From an uncultured Gemmatimonadota bacterium (GTDB lineage Bacteria > SM23-81 > DAOVCL01): a stretch of 12,462 bases of DNA. The notes beneath the pieces are model-generated. The model was given only the letters and a program-made list of their open reading frames with translations. It was not told the origin of the DNA and did no database searches. Shown here piece by piece: positions 1 through 7,305 of the stretch. The stretch covers positions 1 through 12,462 of the forward strand of contig CAZVGK010000055.1 in NCBI GenBank assembly GCA_964626665.1. Direction: 5' to 3'. Position numbers and translations under genes: made by a program. Within the stretch, counting starts at the first letter, position 1, and the number at the start of each line of letters is the position of its first letter.

Positions 1-255
1 AATCATTGTAGTCCATAAAAAAATTTGGGTAACTACTTGATATACCATAATCTTTAATCTTTCAATTTTTTTTCCGGAACTGGGGATCTAAAGGAGAATA
101 ACATTCTTTTCCCCAGTGAAATTTCAGAGAACCCTCAGAAGGGGGTAACCGAATATTACCATCTACAGCAGCCACTCTTCACAGAAAAAGGCATCTATCA
201 TCTTAAGGTTAGTGAAGTTGGTCAAGACCATTCCTATTTTGACAGATTACAGTTA

Positions 256-1245
256 TTGGAGGTGGACCATTCGTCTGGGGAGAGGATAGCGGTCAATTCC
301 TCTGGAAAGTTTGTGGCCTATGAAAAACTACTAAGCCCAGTTTCTGCCCGAGATGAGAACGGAGATGAACACTTAAAGAAGATTACCCTCCAAGACGGCT
401 TATCCTTCAGGGGGTTGGAGGGAGACAGGTTGGCGCTTGACTTTGGCCGGTTTCAGCTCCAGGATACCGCCTTGCTGGTTGTCGGGGGACAGCTCAACAA
501 GGATCCTGGTAAGTCAAAGAGACCGCAGGACAAATATCCGGTTATAAGGGTTGCCGGAGCAGGGAAGGGGGAGGGAGAGTATGTGGTTAGTTACCGACAG
601 AACTACTATGTAGAGCTCTTGGAGTTGCCCAAATCCCTCTTCACCGGTAGGGAGTCTAAGTTGACCCTTCATTGGCAACTGCCCTATAATCTGGATTTTG
701 CGGGATTAGTGGATGAGAAAGAAAGAAATCTGACTGTTGAAACCCGATATACTAAATTGACAAAAGCGGTTCATTCTACTCAAGAGGATGTCATAAACCT
801 GCTTCAAACTAAAGATGGGAGATATGCTGAGCTTCTTCCTGGGGAGGCGGTAGATCTATGCTTTACCTCTGTGAATCAGACAGGCGGTTGCGAGAGGAAC
901 TTAGTTTTGGTCTCCACCGGGTACTATGTGGAGGAGAGCAAGAGCAAGACAGGCGAAGGCAACTCCAGTGAGGAGATACCGAATGTTTTTTCATTACTGC
1001 CGAACTATCCCAACCCCTTCAATCCGATGACAGAGATCAGATACACCTTGCCAAAGGAGTGTTTGATTAGGCTGGAAGTTTTCGATATCTTGGGTCGGAG
1101 GGTAGCGACATTGGTGGATGGATTCCAGAGGGCTGGTTACAAGAGCATCCGTTGGGATGGAGACGGAATGGCCAGTGGGATATACTTCTATCGGCTTAAG
1201 GCAGGAGATTACACAAAGGTAAGGAAGATGGTGTTAATCAGATGA
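256..1245 (+). CDS. Secreted-type protein with C-terminal T9SS type A / FlgD-Ig-like sorting domain; probably 5'-truncated
   Basis: C-terminal ~90 aa (FSLLPNYPNPFNPMTEIRYTLP...LEVFDILGRRVATLVDG...SIRWDG...ASGIYFYRLKAG...RKMVLIR) is a typical secretion-system C-terminal sorting domain. The frame is open upstream to nt 58 with no ATG and no signal peptide, so the TTG start at 256 is doubtful. Confidence 0.8.
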   Translation: MEVDHSSGERIAVNSSGKFVAYEKLLSPVSARDENGDEHLKKITLQDGLSFRGLEGDRLALDFGRFQLQDTALLVVGGQLNKDPGKSKRPQDKYPVIRVAGAGKGEGEYVVSYRQNYYVELLELPKSLFTGRESKLTLHWQLPYNLDFAGLVDEKERNLTVETRYTKLTKAVHSTQEDVINLLQTKDGRYAELLPGEAVDLCFTSVNQTGGCERNLVLVSTGYYVEESKSKTGEGNSSEEIPNVFSLLPNYPNPFNPMTEIRYTLPKECLIRLEVFDILGRRVATLVDGFQRAGYKSIRWDGDGMASGIYFYRLKAGDYTKVRKMVLIR

Positions 1246-1297
1246 GACAGTGGAAAGTGGAAAAACTGAAGTCTATCGTAGGTTGGGATCAGGGCAT

Positions 1298-1325
1298 CTG
1301 TCAGGGCGGGAGCCCTGACAGCACA
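1298..1325. repeat. REP-like hairpin, copy 1 (CTGTCAGGGC-ggga-GCCCTGACAG-caca)
   Basis: Perfect 10-bp inverted repeat; reverse-complement copy at 9531-9558 differs by one loop base. Confidence 0.85.
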
Positions 1326-1368
1326 TAGTGTAAATCAGTGCCGAAAAAAGGGGGTGAAGTTTTTGACT

Positions 1369-2391
1369 ATGGACTATAAGAAAGCCGGGGTGGATATCGA
1401 GGCGGCCCAGAGGTCGTTGGAACGGGTAAAGAGGATGGTCAGCTCCACCTGGAGCCCGGGGGTCATCTCCAACCTCCGCCAGTTTGCCGGTCTTTACCGG
1501 CTGAATGGAGGGGGGTATAAGAATCCGGTGCTGGTCTCCAGCACTGATGGGGTGGGCACCAAGCTGAAGATAGCTTTTATGCTGGGGAGACATTCCACCG
1601 TGGGCCAGGACCTCGTCCATCACTGTGCAAATGACATCTTAGTCCATGGGGCCAAACCGCTGTTTTTTATGGACTATCTGGCCTCCTCCGAGATCAAGTC
1701 GGGGGTTATTCAGGAAGTAATAGGAGGTTTGGTCAAGGGATGTAAAGAGGTGGGTTGTTCCCTGATCGGGGGGGAGACGGCCCAGCTTCCCGGCTTCTAC
1801 CAACCGGGTGAGTATGATCTGGCCGGGTTTATCCTTGGTCTGGTAGAAAGGGAGGGGATAGTTGACGGCTCCGGGATAGAGGCTGGTGACCTGATAGTAG
1901 GCTTGGCCTCCAATGGCCTGCACACCAATGGCTTCTCCCTGGTCAGGAAGATTCTCCTCAAGGATTGGAAGCTTGATGGTTACATCGATGACCTGGGTTC
2001 TACCCTGGGAGATGAACTCCTGCGGGTGCATCGCCACTATGGGCAGATTATCTATAGCCTGAGTTCCTTGGGGTTTAGGATCAAGGGGATGGCCCACATT
2101 ACCGGAGGAGGGATAGAGGGGAACCTAAGCAGAATAATCCCTTCCGGTCTGGTGGCTCTGATCAAGAAGGGGAGTTGGGAAGTTCCCCCCATATTTAAGC
2201 TGATAAAGAAGGTGGGTGGGGTAGAGGAGAGAGAGATGTTCCGGGTGTTCAATATGGGGATAGGTTTTATCCTGGTAGTTTCCCCAGCCATTTTGGACAA
2301 GGTTCTCTTCCACTTAAAAGGCCAGGGCCAGATCGCTTGGCAGGTGGGGGAAATAAGAGAGGGAGATTTGAAGAGGGTCATACTTGAATGA
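1369..2391 (+). CDS. purM: Phosphoribosylformylglycinamidine cyclo-ligase (AIR synthetase)
   Basis: Motifs YKKAGVDI, STDGVGTKLKIA, DYLA, LIGGETA, YDLAGF, SNGLHTNGFSLVRK, AHITGGG, FNMGIG. ATG 1369 matches the usual N-terminus; GTG 1354 and TTG 1363 are alternatives. Confidence 0.97.
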   Translation: MDYKKAGVDIEAAQRSLERVKRMVSSTWSPGVISNLRQFAGLYRLNGGGYKNPVLVSSTDGVGTKLKIAFMLGRHSTVGQDLVHHCANDILVHGAKPLFFMDYLASSEIKSGVIQEVIGGLVKGCKEVGCSLIGGETAQLPGFYQPGEYDLAGFILGLVEREGIVDGSGIEAGDLIVGLASNGLHTNGFSLVRKILLKDWKLDGYIDDLGSTLGDELLRVHRHYGQIIYSLSSLGFRIKGMAHITGGGIEGNLSRIIPSGLVALIKKGSWEVPPIFKLIKKVGGVEEREMFRVFNMGIGFILVVSPAILDKVLFHLKGQGQIAWQVGEIREGDLKRVILE

Positions 2392-3776
2392 AGAGGGTTG
2401 TGGTCATAGAGGAAGGAAAGAGATTGTCCCAGCAGTTGGGTGAAGACTATCAGGTTCTGCATTTCTCCTCCTGGGAGGACTCCAGGGAGGCAGAAAAGAT
2501 AGATCTCATCCTCCTTGATCCCTTGGCCTGTCACCCAGGGTTAAAGGAGGCGATCCGGGGTTCCCTCCAGGTCCACCCCCAGGTCCCGCTGATTGTCGTT
2601 TCCGAGAAAGTTTCCACCTCCCTGGCCATAGAGGCAATGAGGGAAGGAGCATACGATTATCTGACCCTTTCCTCTTCTCCCTTATCCCTGAAAGAGGTTG
2701 TAGGGGAGGCTCTGAAGCCTGAGAGAAGGGGAAAGGTAGTCAGGTTGCCCAAGCTTGAGCCCGCGGGTGAGGAACCTCTCATTGGGGAGAGTCCGGAGAT
2801 GTTGGAGATATATAAGCTCATTGGACAGATAGCCCCCAGCGATGTCTCTATTCTCATTCAGGGAGAGAGTGGAACGGGGAAAGAGCTCGTGGCCAGGGCT
2901 GTCCACAACAACAGTTCGCGGAGAAAGGGCCCTTTTCTGGCCGTAAACTGTGCCTCCATCCCGGAGACCCTGTTGGAAAGCGAGCTGTTTGGCTATGAGA
3001 AGGGGGCCTTCACCGGCGCAACGGAGAGAAGGGCGGGAAAGCTGGAGCAGTGTGATGGGGGGAGCATATTCTTAGATGAAATTGCCGATATGTCCCCCGC
3101 AATTCAGAGCAAGGTCTTGCGGGTCTTAGAGGGCCGCGAGTTCTACCGGTTGGGGGGGAATAAGGGGATAAAGGTAAATGTGCGGGTGATTACCGCTACC
3201 AACAAGAGCTTGGTGAAGTGTGTTAAGGAAGGGACCTTTCGGGTGGACCTCTTCTATCGATTGAAAATGGCTGCCATCTACCTACCTTCCCTCCGCGAGA
3301 GGGGGGGGGATATTCCTCTCTTGGCCCACTATTTCCTGAAGAAGTTCTCCTCCCAGTTCCATCGACAGATAAGGGGTATCTCCCCCCAGGCTATGGAGAC
3401 GCTTAAGGATTACCCCTGGCCGGGAAATGTGCGGGAGTTGGAGAACAATCTGCAGACCGCGGTGATCTTGGCCAAGGGGGATGTTCTTCTACCGGAATAC
3501 TTTCCCATCAATCAGGAGGAGGGGGGGACCGTCTCTGGCCCCGAGTTTGAGGATAGCTATACCAAGCTGTTCTCCGAGCTGATCACCCCCCTCTGGGACG
3601 AGCTGCGCGGAGGACATCAGGGGAGGATCTATGATGAACTGACCGGCTCCTTAGAGAAGGCCTTGATCAGCCTTACCCTGAAGAGGTTGAAGAGCAATCA
3701 AGTCAAGGCGGCGAAACTGTTGGGGTTAAGCCGGAATACCTTGCGGGATCGTATAAAAAAACACGGGCTTTACTAA
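2388..3776 (+). CDS. Sigma-54-dependent transcriptional activator (NtrC family: atypical receiver + AAA+ + Fis HTH)
   Basis: Walker A GESGTGKE, ESELFG, intact GAFTGA, Walker B IFLDEI, FRVDLFYRL, WPGNVREL, C-terminal NQVKAAKLLGLSRNTL HTH; N-terminal receiver-like region (DLILLD, AMREGAYDYL). ATGA overlap with purM. Confidence 0.95.
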   Translation: MKRVVVIEEGKRLSQQLGEDYQVLHFSSWEDSREAEKIDLILLDPLACHPGLKEAIRGSLQVHPQVPLIVVSEKVSTSLAIEAMREGAYDYLTLSSSPLSLKEVVGEALKPERRGKVVRLPKLEPAGEEPLIGESPEMLEIYKLIGQIAPSDVSILIQGESGTGKELVARAVHNNSSRRKGPFLAVNCASIPETLLESELFGYEKGAFTGATERRAGKLEQCDGGSIFLDEIADMSPAIQSKVLRVLEGREFYRLGGNKGIKVNVRVITATNKSLVKCVKEGTFRVDLFYRLKMAAIYLPSLRERGGDIPLLAHYFLKKFSSQFHRQIRGISPQAMETLKDYPWPGNVRELENNLQTAVILAKGDVLLPEYFPINQEEGGTVSGPEFEDSYTKLFSELITPLWDELRGGHQGRIYDELTGSLEKALISLTLKRLKSNQVKAAKLLGLSRNTLRDRIKKHGLY

Positions 3777-3851
3777 GTGCTCTATTTCATAATTACGGTG
3801 AGTATTTGAGAAGATGGCAAGGTTAACGATGTAAATGGTAGCCGTGAGTTA

Positions 3852-3978
3852 AAATCCGAAGCACGAAATCCGAAATACGAAACAATACCAAATTGACCCC
3901 GTTAGATACGAAGTTATCTAATGGGGTGAACCAAAATTCAAATGTGCAAAACAAGTCCTGTTTCGGTCATTTGGATTT
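3852..3978. repeat. Heptamer-repeat element (AAATCCG AAGCACG AAATCCG AAATACG AAACAAT ... TTTCGGTCATTTGGATTT)
   Basis: 7-nt periodicity at 3852-3886 and a partly complementary distal arm at 3961-3978. Confidence 0.7.
3896..3927. repeat. Palindromic element ACCCCGTTAGATA-cgaagt-TATCTAATGGGGT
   Basis: 13-bp stem with a single G-T pair and a 6-nt loop, inside the heptamer element. Confidence 0.8.
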
Positions 3979-4087
3979 ACTTAACCCTAAGTCATCTAAA
4001 AGGTATGTAGGTTGACTGTCTCCAATCATACGTGACAGAACTTATGGAATGGACCACTAAGGAATTTAAGGATGAGAGGAGGCAATT

Positions 4088-4516
4088 ATGCAGTATAAAA
4101 AAGTGGATAATCGGCAGTGGGTGGTGGTATTGAGGAGGGGGGAGAGGATCATAGAGAAGCTGACTGACTTTATAGAAGAGGAAGGCATCCAATCCGGGTA
4201 TTTCAATGCCATTGGCGCGGTCAGTGCCGTGGAGTTGGGACACTATAACCTGGGGAAGGGAGAATACACCACCAAGCAGATCGATTCCCCATTGGAGATC
4301 GTTAGCCTGATGGGCAATGTGAGCACCAAGGGGGAGGAGAAGGTTATCCACGGCCATATCGTCGTGGGGACAGATGAGATGCAGCTCTTCGGCGGCCATC
4401 TCAAGGAGGCCACCGTGGCCGCCACCTGTGAGGTAATGTTTAAGGAGTTTCAAAAGAAGGTAGATAGGAAGTATGACGACGATATAAAGTTGCACCTACT
4501 TGCCCCGGAGGGATAA
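4088..4516 (+). CDS. PPC-domain (DUF296) protein
   Basis: Motifs LRRGE.I, AIGAVS, EIVSLMGN, HGHIVVG, GGHL, TCEV; strong SD GGAGG upstream; stop directly abuts the next start. Confidence 0.92.
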   Translation: MQYKKVDNRQWVVVLRRGERIIEKLTDFIEEEGIQSGYFNAIGAVSAVELGHYNLGKGEYTTKQIDSPLEIVSLMGNVSTKGEEKVIHGHIVVGTDEMQLFGGHLKEATVAATCEVMFKEFQKKVDRKYDDDIKLHLLAPEG

Positions 4517-5983
4517 GTGGATAAGGAGAGGGTGCTGGAGAATACCATCAAGAGGTGTCGGGAAAGGGATATAATCATTCCTACCTATGAGGAGATGAGG
4601 CACCCGGAAAAGATCCCCCAGGGCATCAAGGAGGAGCTCAGGAAGATAGGTCTCTGGGACCTCCATCCCCGGAATCTCTTCAGGATTACCTGGAAGAATG
4701 AGCCGGTGAAGTTTGGGGGAGATTTCGGCAATGTAAATTACCTGGAGATACCACCCGAACTTTCCGGGGTGGAGGCCAGGATAATTATCCTCATCGGGAA
4801 ATGGTTTCCCACCGGTTCCCATAAGGTCGGGGCTACCTTTGGCCCTTTGGTGGAGAAGCTGGTCAGAGGGGCATTTGATCCCACTCGGCAAAAGACCCTT
4901 TGGCCCTCTACCGGAAACTACTGTCGGGGTGGGGCTTATGATGCACATCTTTTGGCTTGCCCCTCCATAGCAGTCCTCCCTGAGGGGATGTCCCAGGAGA
5001 GATTTGACTGGTTGAAGAAAGTTGGCTCTGAGATCTATGCCACCCCTGGGGTGGAATCAAATGTGAGGGAGGTCTATGAGAAGAGCGATGAGTTAAAGAG
5101 GGAGAGGGGTAAGGAGATCGTCGTTCTCAACCAGTTTGAGGAGATAGGGAATGCTATCTGGCATTATGTCTGCACTGGCCAGGCAATAGAGGAGGTTTTC
5201 GCAAGGGAGAAGAAGCCCAATCAGAGGATTGCCGCCCTTTTCCTTACCCAGGGTTCTGCCGGAACCTTAGGTTCTGCCGATTACCTAAGGGAGAGGTATC
5301 CAGCCATAAAGGTCTGTGCTGGGGAGGCTTTGCAATGCCCCACCCTCCTCTTTACCGGATATGGGGGACACAGAATCGAGGGGATCGGTGATAAGCACGT
5401 CCCCTGGATATTCAATGTGAAAAATATGGATATGGTTGTAGATATAGATGATAACTGCTGTATGAGGTTAATGAGGCTTTTCAATGAGGTCAAGGGGAAA
5501 GCATATCTAAAGAAGGAGGAAGTTGACCCCGAGATCGTGGATAGGCTTGACCTTTTAGGTATATCCTCCATTGCCAATTTATTGGGCTCCGCAAAGGTGG
5601 CCAAATACTTTGAGCTAAATGAGAGGGATATTATATTCACCATAGCCACCGATTCTATGGAACTTTACCAGTCCAGGCTCAAGGAGGCCAGGGAGTCAGA
5701 TGGGGAGTATACAGAATATGATGCGGCGCGGGACTTCGAGGCCTGTTTAACAAATATAGGAATAGACTGGATGTTGGAGCTCTCCTATTGGGATAAGAAG
5801 AGGATGCATAACCTCAAGTATTTCACCTGGGTAGAGCAACGGGGGAAGGATGTAGAAGAATTGGACCGGCAGTGGTATGATGATGACTATTGGAAGGAGA
5901 GGTTTCAGTCTTACCAGGAATGGGATAGGCTGATTAGGGAGTTTAACGAGAGGACCGGTCTATTGCAGAGGTACAGGAGGTAG
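4517..5983 (+). CDS. Fold-type II PLP-dependent enzyme (cysteine synthase / Trp synthase beta superfamily), large subfamily of unknown substrate
   Basis: PTGSHKVG (Schiff-base Lys), STGN loop, LNQF, Gly-rich GSAGT phosphate loop, CysK-like HRIEGIG; 488 aa with N- and C-terminal extensions. Confidence 0.88.
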   Translation: MDKERVLENTIKRCRERDIIIPTYEEMRHPEKIPQGIKEELRKIGLWDLHPRNLFRITWKNEPVKFGGDFGNVNYLEIPPELSGVEARIIILIGKWFPTGSHKVGATFGPLVEKLVRGAFDPTRQKTLWPSTGNYCRGGAYDAHLLACPSIAVLPEGMSQERFDWLKKVGSEIYATPGVESNVREVYEKSDELKRERGKEIVVLNQFEEIGNAIWHYVCTGQAIEEVFAREKKPNQRIAALFLTQGSAGTLGSADYLRERYPAIKVCAGEALQCPTLLFTGYGGHRIEGIGDKHVPWIFNVKNMDMVVDIDDNCCMRLMRLFNEVKGKAYLKKEEVDPEIVDRLDLLGISSIANLLGSAKVAKYFELNERDIIFTIATDSMELYQSRLKEARESDGEYTEYDAARDFEACLTNIGIDWMLELSYWDKKRMHNLKYFTWVEQRGKDVEELDRQWYDDDYWKERFQSYQEWDRLIREFNERTGLLQRYRR

Positions 5984-5985
5984 AA

Positions 5986-7065
5986 ATGAAGGCGGAGAGC
6001 TTTAGGGGTAGGGATTGGATCGATGCGGAGCTCGACTTCTTCAAGGAGGAGTGGGAGACCCTAATCGATGTGGCCCTTGATCTGAAAAGGAGGTTTCTTT
6101 TGGGGGAGGACCACACGCACATCCTGAGGAACAAGACCCTTTATATGATGTTCTTTAACCAATCGCTGCGCACCAGGAGCACATTTGAGGTGGGGATTCA
6201 GCAGTTGGGGGGATTTGCCTGCAATTTGGAGCCAGGGAAAACCTATACCCCAGCCAGGAAGGGGTTTGAGGTTCCCTATAAGACGGAGAGGATCTGCGAT
6301 GTCGCCCAGGTCCTGGATCGGACAGGCGATGCCCTGGCCATCCGCATGTATGGGGAGCCTGCCCACTGGATCTATGGGTTTGCCAATCAAACGATGAAGG
6401 AGTTTGCCGAGTATATGCGCATACCGGTCATCAATATGGAGTGTGACAAGTTCCATCCCACCCAGGCACTGGCCGATATGATCACCATCAAGGAGAAGTT
6501 TGAGGGCTTTAAAGGGTTGAAATTCGTAATGAGCTGGGCATATTCAGGATCAACCCACAAGCCATTGGCCGTTCCCCAAAGCCTTGTTTTAGCGCCGACA
6601 AAGTTGGGGATGGATGTAGTCTTAGCTCGCCCAAAGGGCCTTGAACTTGATCCAGAGGTAATTAAAAAATGTAAGGAATTTGCCCAGCAGAACGGAACCT
6701 CCTTTGAGGAGACGGATTCAATGGAGGAGGCCTTTCAGGATGCGGACATCGTCTATCCAAAGAGCTGGGGTTCCTTAGATTATATGGCAGCCTGGGATGA
6801 GGCCAGCGGGAAGAAGACAAAGGAGGCGGACCTTGCCGGTATGAAGGAGGTCTTTGAGAGGAACAAGGATTGGATCTGCGACCAGGGGAAGCTCTCCCTC
6901 ATCAAGCCAAGCGGGATTTATATGCATTGCCTCCCCGCTGATCGGGGGATGGAGGTTACAGACGAGGTCATCGATGGCCCCCACTCTGTTGTCTTCGATG
7001 AGGCGGAAAATAGACTTCATGCCCACAAGGCAATTATGGCCTTGTTAATGGGAGGGAGGATGTAG
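5986..7065 (+). CDS. Carbamoyltransferase, YgeW-like / N-acetylornithine-carbamoyltransferase-like
   Basis: SLRT, HPTQ, HCLPADRG, EAENRLH; SWAYSGSTHKPLAVPQS and DADIVYPKSW resemble YgeW motifs; no OTCase GDxxNN or DxxxSMG motifs. Confidence 0.9.
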   Translation: MKAESFRGRDWIDAELDFFKEEWETLIDVALDLKRRFLLGEDHTHILRNKTLYMMFFNQSLRTRSTFEVGIQQLGGFACNLEPGKTYTPARKGFEVPYKTERICDVAQVLDRTGDALAIRMYGEPAHWIYGFANQTMKEFAEYMRIPVINMECDKFHPTQALADMITIKEKFEGFKGLKFVMSWAYSGSTHKPLAVPQSLVLAPTKLGMDVVLARPKGLELDPEVIKKCKEFAQQNGTSFEETDSMEEAFQDADIVYPKSWGSLDYMAAWDEASGKKTKEADLAGMKEVFERNKDWICDQGKLSLIKPSGIYMHCLPADRGMEVTDEVIDGPHSVVFDEAENRLHAHKAIMALLMGGRM

Positions 7066-7074
7066 TTTGCTCTC

Positions 7075-7140
7075 TTTAGACAGGAGACAGGATTGACAGG
7101 ATAAATAAAAATTCTGTAAATCCTGTTATCCCGTCCGAAA
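7075..7140. repeat. ACAGGAT-type imperfect palindromic element, copy 1
   Basis: GACAGGATTGACAGGAT ... AATCCTGTTATCCCGTC arms; 21-nt and 17-nt exact reverse-complement matches to 11517-11583. Confidence 0.85.
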
Positions 7141-7153
7141 GTTTTAAAATCGA

Positions 7154-7206
7154 GGTGGCAGAACCCCGATTCTGCCACCAACCACCGTCAGGTGTGGGCA
7201 TCTGAC
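7154..7206. repeat. Tandem REP-like hairpins (GGTGGCAGAA/TTCTGCCACC and GTCAGGTG/CATCTGAC)
   Basis: Perfect 10-bp stem at 7154-7179; 8-bp stem with one G-T pair at 7187-7206. Confidence 0.65.
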
Positions 7207-7305
7207 CGCTCACGCTAAGTTTCCATTTTCCACATTTTTAATTCTCAATTCTTAATTGCTTTTTTCCGTGAATTTCCTTGGTGAAAAAATTCAGAGGGAG
7301 GGTTG

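Noticed and set aside
3815-3830. TGGCAAGGTTAACGAT as a sigma-54 -24/-12 promoter
   Set aside because: The -24 TGGCA is good, but the -12 position reads GA instead of GC and lacks TTGC. I found no convincing sigma-54 promoter in any gap.
4012-4040. TTGACT as a sigma-70 -35 box
   Set aside because: No credible -10 hexamer at 16-18 nt spacing.
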